Below, piece by piece: positions 43,101 to 62,048 of a DNA stretch of 64,000 bases; the stretch's first letter is position 1; each line of letters starts with the position of its first letter. Origin of the DNA: the human T2T-CHM13v2.0 reference genome, Homo sapiens; the NCBI RefSeq assembly GCF_009914755.1, contig NC_060937.1. One strand, given 5' to 3'. The translations under genes were made by a program, and so were the position numbers. The notes beneath the pieces are model-generated. The model was not told the DNA's origin. It worked only from the letters and a program-made list of their open reading frames with translations, and ran no database searches.

Positions 43101-45334
43101 TAAGTCACCCATCCAAGTGTGTTTTCCAACAATGTAATTTAATACTGCCAAACCAGAGGGAGAAAGCGCTTCCCAAGAAGTCTGTGCCTGCAACAAAATG
43201 ATAAATTGTCTTTCCAAGTGCTTATTTTAGTATTCCTTAATAAGCTTCTGATTTTCTTCTCCCCTGGATAACATTCTTGTGAATTTCAAGTCAGTTGCAC
43301 CTAATGTTAAAATGAAAGTGAATGTGAGAAATATTCTTCTATGTCTCACATTCAAAGGATATCTTCTATTATCACTGATTGGTGTTTTCTCTGAGAGGCA
43401 CTGGAACCCACAGGAAGCATTTCACTACTGGTTAATCTTAACCATCCTCCTCACCTCTCCAAAATAGCAGTATGGCTTTCTTTAGACTGGCATTTTTTTC
43501 CAAAGAGGAGAGTATTGCCCCATGAAGACAACCCAAGACTTTGTAAATTCTTTTCAGGAAGTAGAAAATCAGCTCCTACTTTCTGTCGTCTCAGAAATCT
43601 GAAATGAAGCAGCTTAGTAAATATGCAAGAAAAGAGTCACATTAGAGCTCCTCATGATGGCTGGTAAGGTTACATGACACTTAGTGGTTTTTGTGTTTGT
43701 TTGTTTGTTTTAAGAGAAAGACCGAGAACGCCGTTCAGATATTACTGTCTTTATGAACAATCAATAGCAGTGTTGCAGGGTCTTCCTTATTCTTTGATGA
43801 GGAACATTTATATGCAACGAGGGATTGCATGTATATTTAATAAGAAACTCCATTATGTGTACACATGGTGAGAGAAAGGAAAAAGATGTTTGTGCTGGCT
43901 GTGGTAATGCTATAATAAGAAATGTGTCTAAAAATTACTTGCTACAGATTTAAAAGGATAATCTTAAGTGGAGGAAAAGGCAGGTAGGAAACGGTGGTTC
44001 CAGGCATAGATGGCTTTTAAATATTCCCATGCCATAAGTATAAAGCATCTGACAATGAGCTGTTGATAACACACAATATTCTCACAATACAAACCAGCTA
44101 TTCTACTAGGGTAAAATGCTTAGAATTTGGAAAAAGGAAATTTGTGGCACAGGAAGAATTTTCTGTCAGAATGGTCTTTTTCTACATCTGCTTACATGTA
44201 AACATACACAGGAATGTTAGCAGTCCTTTCATTAAAGGCTTATTTTCCTTGATAGGGGATTATTCAGTAGCAGTGGCCCTGGGTTGGAAGAGGAGTCTCC
44301 TGTGCAGATACACCTGCACTTCATCTGAAAAAATAATTTTGGAATGTATGACACTTTAAATAGGCTGGAGTATCTGGGTAATTAATTGACTCATAAATTC
44401 TTTCAAAGCTGAAATCTTAAAAGAAAAAATCATTGTCAACAAATACCATCCAATAGCATTAATCCAATTGTAAGAAATTTTTAACAAGTGAATTACATGT
44501 TTATTAAGGTTTGAGTAGCCTAATATGCTAATTGGAGAAAATCAGGCATACAAATAATAGAAGAGAATAACTTTAAATTATTTTAAAATAAGGTAATATT
44601 ACCTTTGCAGATTTTTATATATCTATATCTACCTTAATTCTACTTTCTTCCTTATGTCTTCCATTCACCCTTAAACTCTATCTCGATTTTCATCTACTTT
44701 CCATGTAGCGAAAGAAGATCTTACCAACTGAACAGCTTTCTGGATGCTTGCCTTGACTCTGGATGCCCCCTTCTCCTATTTGTCACCTGTGTAGATGCTA
44801 CTCTCCACCAGCCTTCCCCAGGCATTTAGCCTCTTCCAGCACAGGGACTCAGGCTCTTCTGATTGCCCACAAACCCTATCTCACCTTCTCCTAAGCTGCC
44901 AGGGCCTCCCAGTAGGAGCATCTTGCTGGCTGATTTGCTCTTACACATGGCTTCAGGGTAAGTGAGTCTTCACAAAGGGCCCCCAAACTTCTTACAGCTC
45001 CCTTCTATGCCAGCCTGCAGCAGTCGCTGCTTCTGGATCCTACTGGCATCTAATGGCTGTCCTCTGCTCAGGTCCAGTTCCTAAGACTTTTCAACACCTA
45101 CCTACTTCATCTTTTCCATGAGGAATTTCCTGCTAACTTGAACTCACCTCATTACTACCTAATATGCACAAGCTTTATATAGTTGTGTAGTCTCTGAGTC
45201 TTTCAATTATGATTTCATCTGCCTGGAATCGACCCTTCATACTGGTTTCTTCCCATCCTTGCCCCTTATTTATCTCTTAAAAAAATTCAATTTGGACATT
45301 TCTTCTGCAAAGCCTTTGATGACTCCCTATGATA

Positions 45335-45635
45335 GGGGCATTCAAATATTGAATGCCTGGTGCCAGGGTGTGAGTTTTCAGAGGTCCATGATGAAATGAG
45401 CTAAAAAAATTCTCACAAAATTATATGTGATCAATTTAAAAGATTGTCCTTTACTCCAAAATCATAATGTATTATTTTTGAGTTATAACATTTTATGAAA
45501 TGAGAGTGATAGTAGAAAAATTTTAAAAATGTTTTGATTTGGAATAATAAAAACTTGGCCACCTGTATCATTTTCCCAATTTGTTTTTGAAAAAATTTTG
45601 GTCAATGAAACATGAATCTGAAAAACACTCCCCTA
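45335..45635. mobile_element. Old hAT-Charlie-like MITE interrupting L2 sequence
   Basis: taggggcattcaaa ... tctgaaaaacactccccta inverted ends. Confidence 0.35.
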
Positions 45636-45840
45636 AGGCTAGCGACCTATGTATACCACTACAATAACACTTACCATGCTATAATTATTGACTCATTTAT
45701 TAGTGTTTCTGGACTGTGAATATGTGCATGATATTCACAATAGCATCCTCAGCCACCAGCACAATAAATACTCGTGAAGGAAATGTTATAAAAATGTTCC
45801 ACATTTTATTGTACCAAGGATATTCATTTATTTTCCTCAG

Positions 45841-46030
45841 CAAGTGGTTCTTACTCTGAGTTTTGTGGTCCCATAGGCAGGTCTGTGGAAGAACTTTAGA
45901 AGGTCCAAGAACAGCCTAAAATTTCATGCAAATGTTTCATGTACAGCATATGACTGTTTGGTGGTGGTTGTGCTGGGGAGAGAATTTGTAACATTTTCAA
46001 AGTCATAACCCTCAAAGATTAGTGATCACA
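45841..46030. mobile_element. MER103-like hAT-Charlie fragment
   Basis: agtggttcttactctg...ggtctgtggaagaacttt...ggggagagaatttgtaac. Confidence 0.35.
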
Positions 46031-49000
46031 CTGCAAGAATTATATCATTCACTATGGACTCATTTAGCATTTCCAGAATAACTGAGATATGCAAGATCCT
46101 CTACTGACTGTGGAGCTACAAACCTGAATTAAGTGAAGTCCTTCCCTTCAAATAACTCATTCACAGCTAGGCTGTCCCAATAGAGCAGGCAAATAAAAAC
46201 TACTAGTGGTAAAGTCTATAATAAATATGTGGAGCTTCCCCATGGTGGTGGTAGTGAAGGCTACCCAGAGGAAGTGAGGTTTAAGTTGGGCCTTGAAAAA
46301 TGAACAATTTATTATGCAGCAAATGAAAGAGATAGGAAAAGTATTCTAATTATTCAAATTAGAGTCAAAATAAAGCAAAAGCAAGAACAAAACTGCCAAG
46401 TGTGCACAGACACAAACATCTGTGTGATGCATATAGACATACATGCCTACAATTCTTTCTCTTTTTCCATTCCTAGTAGCATCTAACCTAGTGCTAGCTA
46501 TACTGCACTAATTGTCCTAAACTTGAAATGCTACGGAATATGGATAAGCCATGCCATACTGTAATAGCAAATTCAAGCCATCAAAAAGAGTTTCAAATGT
46601 AAGGGCAACATAAAAACTTGTACTCCTCCAAACTAGTTGAAATTAAGAGATGTCATGGATTTATTTGAGGCCTGATTCTACAGATGGCAAGAATGAGCTA
46701 TGTGCTTAGGAAGGCAAGGGAGCATCTAAAAGCATGAAGGCTGAATTGGTCCCCTAAGCTTGGTTTGTGTGAATCCTGCTTTGCACAGGTCTGCTAGCAG
46801 ATGATCTGATGCCTTGGTGCAAATTAGAATTGGATGGCCCTTCCTCTGAGTGTATTCAGCATCATGCAGGGCACACAACTTGGGGAGTGAAAGCTGGATT
46901 CCAGCCCCCACTCACCTCCCAGGTGGGTACTTTGAATTCTCAAGTCCTAGAGATGCAACAGAGACAGAATAAATGACATATTTTACCAAATGTCAGGATA
47001 TGTTGATCCAGTCTTGGAATGGTAAGTATTGAGAGAAGATCCCCCAAATCTTCTTCCTCATATTGAATAAAGTATGTGTGCAAAGTAATGAGCAGCAGCA
47101 GCTTAAGCCCCTGAAAGACATCTGTCTACTGTGGGCCTTTAAATCTTGCAACATTCTTGCAGGCACAATACATTGTGATAAGAATAAAGAGTTAAACTCT
47201 GCACATTTTAGGATAGGAGGCTCCAGAGAACAGTAATTCTAAAGAGAAAAAAGATCATTTTGTTTGTCCACTGGTTGGAAGGAAAATTTCAGGGTTAACA
47301 GCAGATTATGGATTTCCAATCAGAACAGCATTATACTGAATGAAAAATGGTGCTAGCTGTACTTGTAATGCTGATGTGTTTTTTCATAGCATTTCAACTA
47401 TCTCTTTCTCTAATGAGTCTCAGTAAATACAGAGAACTTTAAAGCAGATATGACTTTGACTAATTCAATGTGTAAAACACACCGGTATATAATGTATATC
47501 ATTTATATAAATATATAAAATCAAATTTAAAAAGTTACCTTGTGATCCAGCACCAGACAATTAAATAGGAAGAGTATAAGCCTCTTAAAAATATCTTCCT
47601 AACTTGTTTCATGTAGGTCTCTTCATTTTTTGTAGTGGGAATTTAACAACTCAGGGAAGATGGTACCTGAACACAAGCCATGAGATTGTCTCCAGAGGTC
47701 ACCTGTCAACTGCTCCCAGTACCTCAAAGGACATAGGAGGCCTTTGGAGTATTCTCTATGATTCCAACATTAACATGCATGAGATTATTATATCTTCTAT
47801 TTGCCTCCCCAAAAGACGCAAAGTTCCCAGCTTAGAGAATGAGAAGCATAAGTTAGCATATTTCAAAAGGAAAATAAAATGAGGATACATGAGTTCAGCA
47901 TCTTCAGACAGACCACAAACTCCTAGAATGCAGTATCTTTTGCCTGTACCCAAACAGTAGATGCTCTGTTAGTATTTTCTGAATGACTGTCTTAAAAGAA
48001 GAGAGGAAAATCCCTGGAGAGCATGATGACTTATGTGGGTCCTAAAAACTTTTCCAGGTTCACTTAGAAGAAAATATTCACATTTTTCATATGTTAAATT
48101 TAATCTGTATTTTTCATGATTATTTCTTTTTCTATTTTTAAATGGGTCTTAAGTGACTTGGAGTTAAACATCTGAATGCTTGTTCTCAAATAGTTCTTTA
48201 CTTAAGCTTGCACAATGCATTCACTACGTCTCTTGGCATTTCACCAGTGAATTGGTAATAGTGCCTACCTAATAAATGCTAAATGAATGACTGCAACAAA
48301 TTCATACCCTAGAGAATGAACCAGATCCTGCTGAAGGGAGTTTTTATTAAGCTGTCACTATATCTTGGTTTTTAAGATTAGAGGGCCATCAAGAAAACAC
48401 ATTTTTCCATGTCTGTGAGCAGCAATCCACCTTTTGCACTCCCAGGTTTATGGCTAGTTCAATGCATCTAGTTCCTTTGACCCACAGAGGCACTACTGTT
48501 TGTGTACTATCCTTGGCCCACATAACAAAATGCTTCCCGCAAAATCAACAAGCTCAAAGACACACTAGATCCCACAGCCTTAGTTTTGGAATATCTTTAT
48601 TCTGTTTTCTCACTTCTTTTTCGTTTTTCCTCGGATCTTCATTTCCACTTTTCAGTCTCAGTGGGTGAGCTGTTGGCAGCATTCTGAAATAAGCAGAAAA
48701 CCTTTCTGATTCTCTGTGGGTAGCACAAGAGAACTGTTTTACTAGATGCAACCCACACTTAATTGCTGCCAAATTTGGGACCACAGACGTGGCCTTGATC
48801 ATCCATAGGCATGAGTGATGGATAGCTACTCCAGCAGTCTGCTCAGCCATCCATCTCTGCAGGAAGATGACGGTGAAAGCTGAAGAGAGTGGAGCTGACA
48901 TCAGCAGAAATGACCACAGGAGTCAGATGAAAAGGCAGTGGAGGAGGGGAACTGGTCTTTAATCTGCTCTCTGGGGCCTTTTGCAAATGAGGGCAATTCT

Positions 49001-49534
49001 AGTCACTTTGGTCCAGACACTTTGCAGATCTTTCAGTGGAAGAAAAAAAAAAAAAGGCATATCTCCATGGGTAGGCAGGCATAAAAGTTGAGCAGAACCA
49101 GCAGGTCAAGACTATTTATCATCTAACTTTCTTCACCCTCTGAAAGATGGAAACTTAAGCTGATGCAAACTATACGCACCAATCCATCAGATGCTTGAGT
49201 CAGTTTTATGGATTGAAACATTATTATTGAACAAAGCTTCCACTGTGTCTACAGCAAAGCTGATGAAAGTGACACAGTGCCTACCCTCTGGGACATACAA
49301 CCTTGATATAATTTTGCTTTGAGCATAAAGTTAAACTTAAAATGTGGGTAACAGTCCCAGGTAATTTTTGTGATTTATAAAAGGGTAACTTGGTTGACAA
49401 CAGATTATGTAATTCTGTGGTGAGTGTAATTCTCTATAAGGGTGATAATGTAAAGCAAACAGGATCTTGTAGTGCTACTTATATCAGTTATTAACAGTAG
49501 AAATAGTATGAATATTACATTTTTAAAATATTTT

Positions 49535-49977
49535 TGCATTGGGTTGAATAGTGTCCCCCAAAATATTTGTCTACCTGGAAACTCCAAATTTAAACTTATC
49601 TGGAATAAGGGCCTTTGCAGATAAATTTAATGTAAGGATTTTGAGAGGAGATCATCCTGGATTAGGACAAGCCCTAAATCCCATGGCAGTGTCTTATAAG
49701 AGACAAAAAAGGAGAAGACACAGAGACACTGGTGAGTAGACCCTGTGAAGACAGAGGCAGAGATCAGAGTGATGTGCCTGCAAGCCACAGAGCACCAAGG
49801 GTTGCCGGCAGCCCCCAGGAACTGGGAAAAGTCTTGGCACATCCAGAAGAAACCAACACTGTTGCCATCTTCATTTCAGAATTCTTGCCTCCAGAACTGT
49901 GAGAGGAAGAAATTTCTGTTGTTTTAAGCCACCCAGTTTGTGATAAGTTGTTGTGGCAGTGCAAGGAAACTACTACA
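49535..49977 (+). mobile_element. MLT1C-type solo LTR
   Basis: gggttgaatagtgtccccc...gtgaagacagaggcagagat...cctccagaactgtgag...gaaactactaca. Confidence 0.85.
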
Positions 49978-50094
49978 ACTATGTATCATTATAATTTTAT
50001 GATAGTCACTTCAGTTCAGATTTGTACCCAGCTTTTTGCCTAAGCTTCAGATCTCATGTATGCAGCTGCCTTCTTGATACTTCCGCTTAGTTGT

Positions 50095-50571
50095 GATACT
50101 AGTCAGGGTTTTCCAGAGAAACAGAATTCAACAGCTATTTGGTCAAAATATGAGAGGTTTCATATATGTGAGAGAAATCTCATAGATATGAGACATTAAT
50201 TTTAATGGAATTCGCTCATGTAAAATGATACCTGGCAAGTTTGGAATCTATAGGGCAAGCCAGCAGGCTGGGGATACAGATAAGGGTTGATGTTGCACTG
50301 TTGCGGCTGAAGACTTGAAATTCAGGCAGAGTTTCACTGTTGCAGTCTGAGGGCTGAATACCTTCTTCATTGAGAAATCTCAATCTTTGCTCTTAAGACC
50401 TTCAGTTGATTGGATGAGCCCTCCCAGATAATTTGTTTTACTTAAAGCAACTCATTGTAAATGTGAATTACATCTTTTACAATTTTTTTACAGCAACATC
50501 TAGACTACTGTTTGACCAAAAAGCAGATCACCATAGTCTAACTAAGCTGACACATAAAATTATCCATCACA
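50095..50571 (-). mobile_element. MLT2 (ERVL) solo LTR within L2
   Basis: agtcagggttttccagagaaacagaa...gctgacacataaaattatccatcaca; TSD gttgt/gtggt. Confidence 0.8.
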
Positions 50572-51086
50572 GTGGTCTAACATACACCTCAAACTTAAGA
50601 GAGCCCCTAACTAGTCCTCCAAAACAATAGCTTTTCCTCAGAATTTTCTATTATCTGTTAGTCAAGCTGAAAAAATATCCAAGTCATCTTAGACTGCTTT
50701 TTCCCCCAATATAATAAATACTCAAACTATCAGCAAGTCCTGCTACATGCAATATAGCAGAGATCTAACCTGTGTTCACTGCCTTCTTGGCTACTACCTT
50801 AGCCAAATCTTCTCCCACCTGGATTCCTACAATAGCCTCCTAACATTCCATGTCTACTCCTGTGTTGCTAATGATCCATTTCATTCATATGTATACATAT
50901 ATATTTTTTTCCTCACACTGCTATAAAGAAATACCTGAGACAAGGTAATTTATAAAGAAATTTATTTCTCACAGATCTGGAGACTGAGAAATCTAAGATC
51001 AAAATCCTAACCAATTAACTTCCTGATGAGGGTTCTCTTCGTGGCTTGTAGATGGCTGCATTTCTTGCAGTGTCTTCATAGGATAG

Positions 51087-51427
<341 letters not shown>

Positions 51428-51503
51428 AAGATTGATTTTTTTTATAAAGCCACCAATCCCATTGGATTAGGACCCCACACTTATGACTCCATTTAACCTT
51501 AAT

Positions 51504-51504
<1 letters not shown>

Positions 51505-51534
<30 letters not shown>

Positions 51535-51793
51535 AGACAGGGTCTCGCTCTGTCACCCAGGCTGTAGTACAGTGGTGCAATCTTGGCTCACTGCAACCTC
51601 TGCCTCCAGATTCAAACAATTCTCCCCCCTCAGCCTCCAAAGTAGCTTGGATTACAGGTGTGAGCCACCATGCCTGGCTGATTTTTTTCTATTTTTAGTA
51701 GAGACGAGGTTTCACGATGTTGGCTACGGCTGGTCTCAAACTCCTGACCTCCCAAAGTGCTAGGAATATAGGCATGAGCCACGGCACCCAGCC
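51505..51793 (-). mobile_element. Alu (J/S) with a small internal deletion
   Basis: Alu dimer; perfect TSD taaccttaatt at 51494-51504 and 51794-51804. Confidence 0.93.
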
Positions 51794-52230
51794 TAACCTT
51801 AATTATCTCTTAAAAGTTCATCTCCAAACACAGTCACATTGTGGGTTAGGCCATCTACGTATGAATCGGGGATACAGGAGCACAATTCAGTCTCTAGCAG
51901 GAGGCAGTAATTTATGCTGCCTTTCCCCTTGAAACAGTTGCTGATTTGTGGCACGTGTTCAGAAGCCAAGTTAAAAGCAGTGGCTTGGAGCATTCAGCAG
52001 CCTCATGGAACTTCAGAGACAAAAAAGTGTATTTCAGGGTTAGTAAGGCCTGAAATTTATTCAGACCTTACTATTAACTCCACAAATAAGAGGTATAAGT
52101 CTTCAAGAAAAGGAAACTTCAGAAATGTGAGCTCAACATTCTATGCTACTTTTTTCCTCAACATATCTGCCAGTTCTTAAATTGCAGTGGTTGAGAGGTT
52201 TAGAAACACCAACAATGAAGTACAAATTAA

Positions 52231-52521
52231 GGCTCAATTCAGTGGCTCCTGTCTGTAACCCCAATACTTTGGGAGGCAAAGGTGAAAGGACCGCTTGAGG
52301 CCAGAAGTTTGAGACCAGCGTGGCCAACATGGAGAGGCCTGGTCTCAACAGAAATTTTAAAAATTAGCTGGGTGTGGTGGCATATGCCTGTAATCCTAGC
52401 TAGTTGAAAGGCAAAGCAGGAGGCTCTCTTGAGCCCGGGAATTTGAGGTCACGGTGAACAGTGTGCCACTGCACTCCAGCCTGGGTAACAGAGCAAGACC
52501 TTCTTAGAAAAAGGAAAAAAA
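52231..52521 (+). mobile_element. Diverged AluJ
   Basis: cttgaggccagaagtttgagaccagc; approximate TSD taca(a/c)attaag. Confidence 0.85.
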
Positions 52522-52799
52522 GATACACATTAAGAGTAAAAATCTGAGCAGAACTTTTGACAATTTCACAATGCTAAGAAGATAGAAGTTTGATTTCAGG
52601 GCCTGCCAAGGTGGGGGATTCATGTTAAACTTTCCAGGCTTTTAGCTGAAACCTCTAAAAAGATATGACCTGGAAGTAAAAACAAACAAGAAATGGATCA
52701 GCTCTGTGAAGACTGAACCCAGTCAAATTATCTCACCCCTCATTGGATCAAGTTGGCTCCTTCTCCAAAGTCCTGCCAGAAGAAAATTAAAAGATCACA

Positions 52800-53830
52800 T
52801 AATACAGAACTGTTATATTTTTCATATATAATTTCTGGCATCCCAACACAAAATGCCAGGTTGTTAGTATACGGGGCCAAATGCTAAAAACAGAAAATAA
52901 TAGATAATAACCCACCACAGGAGATCCAGATATTGACATTATCTGATGTAAATTTTTAAATAACTATAATTAATATATTCAAGAAAATAGATGGCAAAAT
53001 GGAGAATTTCATCAAAGAACTGTAATCAAACAAAAGAATCCGATGGGAATTTTAGATACAAAAAAATTGAAGAAATAATCAATAGGTGGATCTAGCAGCG
53101 GATTAGAAACAGTAGAAGAGATTAGTGAATTGGAAGATAAGTTAGCCCAAAATATCTAAAATGAAGCACAAAGAATAAAAAGGGTAGAATACACAGAAAA
53201 GAGCATACAAAAAATATAGGACATGGTGAGAAAGTCTAACATGTTGGAGTTACAAAAGAGAGAAGAAAGGGAATGGAACATAGCCAACATTTGAAAAGAT
53301 GTTGACTAAGAATTTTCCAAAACAGATGCAAAGTCACTTAGGATCCGATGCAAGAATCTCTACAAACGTTAAGGAGGGTAAATTCAAAGATATGTATAAC
53401 TAGACACACCGTAATAAACTGCTAAAGAATGAAAAAGGAAGAGAAAAATCTTAATACTCAACAGTGGAGTTTTCAATAGAAGAGGCAGATATCAGGGCAA
53501 TAGCGTCTTAAAATTCTAAAAGAAATAACTAACTAACCTAAAAGTCAAAGGAATGTGAAAATGAATATAAAATGAAATGCTTCAAAAGTACATGTGAAAT
53601 ACAGATGGTTTCAGACAGACAGAGAGAATTTGTTACCAATAGCCCAAACTAAAAGAAAAATTGAAAGGATTTATTTAGTTAGAGAGAGAATTCCAGAAGG
53701 CAGCATAAAATGGGGCAGGAAAAAAACGAAGAGTAATGGAAAGGAAAAATAGGTAAGTCTAAATGAATATTGACCACATAATACAGTAATAATAATATCT
53801 ATAATTTTACATAAATGATATATGCTCTTA
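52800..53830 (+). mobile_element. Ancient L1 ORF1-region / HAL1-like fragment
   Basis: gatccagatattgacattatc...gaagagattagtgaattggaagata...agaattttccaaaac. Confidence 0.6.
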
Positions 53831-55010
53831 ATAACATGGACTCAAAATATATAATGACTGTTTGTCTTTTCATCACTCATTTCTCCTCTCAAATATTACC
53901 TACTTAGAGGCCTTCCCTGGCTACCCTATGAAAATACTCTCTGACCTCTTGCTCTACAGTCACTCTCTATACCAACAGAGGATTCCGATTCTCACCTTCA
54001 ACCCAGGAATCCTCACTTTCCTTCCTTCAGAACTTCTTTCTCTAATTCTTTGATGGCTTCATTAGGTAACTCATTGCATGTGATGCTGTGTTAGTCACTG
54101 CGTTTAACAAGTGGCATAAGCACCTGACCATAGGAGTCTGCAACATGGAATGAACAATGGCATCTGAGACTTATTTAAAAATCCAATAAATACTTATATA
54201 CTAAATTATATAGTTAAATACTTAATTTTAAAGCAAAATATGTAGTTAATGGAAGTAACAAGATTGCAAAAATCAGGAAAATTAACACCATGACAGAGCG
54301 TGCAACACCAAGATGATCAGAATATGAATCTTTTTATTCCTGCATTGAATTCTCTTAACGTGAGTTCTGCCTCAAATCTAAAGTCCAAGAGTCCTAAAGT
54401 ATAGCAGTCAATTCTTATTCTACTATTGGCCCATAAGTCCAGCAAAAACACATTATTGAGACAGATTCTACACTATTATTAATTTTCAGTAAACTTTGAA
54501 GCTCTTTTTCTCGTTGAGTCTTTAGAATTTAATGCAATCATTAATATTGCACCTTATTATTTATAATACATTTTTACATTTTCTGACCTCCCTGGATCGA
54601 AAAACTACCCTCAGAGGGGCACTTGGTGAGTTTTGTAGTGTGAATGAGAAAACTGAGATTCAGAGAGGTTAAGGGACATGCTCAAGGTTGAATAGCATGT
54701 AAATATCAGATTTGGGACTTTTTTTATCATCTACTCTGTTTTTAGATTATAATCTCTAACACTTACATATTATATTCCAATGTATATAATGTGTTTATAA
54801 ATATATGTGTGCACATATATTACAGTTGATATTCAGGTTCTTTGACATACAGTGGCAAATAAACCACCTAAATAAGCTGGCAATCTTGGAAGGTTTGAGA
54901 TATGAAAAGAGAACCCCTTTCATTTGCTGACCCTTTGAGAAAGCTGCTGGGCATTCTCTCACTTGAGTCAAGTGCCATTTTGGACAATAATACTCCTAAC
55001 ATTAGTCTAA

Positions 55011-55230
55011 AGTGGTGGCCTTCAGCTGTGGATGGTTTTGCCCTCTCCCCAGGGGTTATTTGGCAATATCTTTGGACATCTGTGGTTGCTATAATGGGAA
55101 GAGGGATGCTACTGGTAGCTACTGGGTAGATACCAGGGGTGCTGTTAAACATCCTACAATGCGAGACAGCTTCCCAGAACAAAGAATTATTCAACCCAAA
55201 ATGTCAATACTGCTGAGGTTACAAGACCCT
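55011..55230. mobile_element. MER20 hAT MITE
   Basis: ttttgccc...tttggcaatatc...tgctactgg...ctgttaaacatcctacaatgc...aaaatgtcaatactgctgaggtt. Confidence 0.85.
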
Positions 55231-55393
55231 AATCTAAAGTAGTTAAGGTCTCTTGAGGGGTAGGAGTACCTCACTTTCCCTGCCAAACCACCGCTACCGC
55301 ACCCTGGTTCCATTTAACCAAGTAGACACTCCAATTTGCTAAAGCTCCCAAACAAGCCTGAACTTAGTGAAATTAAATCCATACTTCAGTGAT

Positions 55394-55653
55394 AAAACCA
55401 TGAAGAAAGCAGAAAGGAAATTTCCATAAAAGTCAGGATGGCAATTATGTTTAGGAAGGAGGGGAGGGGTTATGATTAAAAAGGTGAGTGCAGAAGACAC
55501 CCACGGTGGCCGGCAATACTGTATTTCTTGACTTGAGTGCTGGTTACTCTGAGATTCACTTTGTGATAATTTGTTAAACTTTTCTTTATAGTTTATGCAC
55601 TTTTCTTGATGTGAGTTGTATTTTACAATAATAAAAGGTTTTCAGAAAAACAC
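55394..55653 (+). mobile_element. Ancient L1ME-type 3' end
   Basis: cataaaagtcaggatgg...ctgtatttcttgacttgagtgctggttac...; flanking direct repeat acttcagtgat. Confidence 0.6.
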
Positions 55654-55859
55654 ACTTCAGTGATTATCCTAGTTATTTCCTGAAATAACTAGGATAAAGA
55701 AATATTACTGCCATGAGTAAGCCAACTGTATTTATATTGAATAACAAAGAATCAGAAAATGGTAGAAGCCAAGTACTTAAACTAGAAATCCTGGTACAAC
55801 TTTAAGCTCATCTTTCTTCTAGGTTCCCAGATCTGGTTATTTACTGAACTCTATATATG

Positions 55860-55908
55860 CATGTAGGCGTGCATGCATGCACACACACACAGACACACAC
55901 ACACACAA
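55860..55908. repeat. (CA)n / purine-pyrimidine alternating tract
   Basis: gcgtgcatgcatgcacacacacacagacacacacacacacac. Confidence 0.85.
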
Positions 55909-56087
55909 ACTTGAATACTAAATTATTAATAGAGATTGCAAAGTAACTGTCGAAGAGGCCAAATCCCCAATGGCTAATGATCAGTGCATTACTTCCTAAA
56001 GCCTAGTGATTCCCAGCCAGAGGAGGTGAGAGCAGGTCCAGCTGGAACGGATATAGCAAAATAACCTGTAAAGCATTAGCGTTTCTC

Positions 56088-59790
<3,703 letters not shown>

Positions 59791-59849
59791 CAAATCTTTT
59801 TCCCTTGCCATATTTTTTGTTGTGCCCCAGGACACCATCCCAGAGGCCG

Positions 59850-62040
<2,191 letters not shown>

Positions 62041-62048
62041 AGTATATA

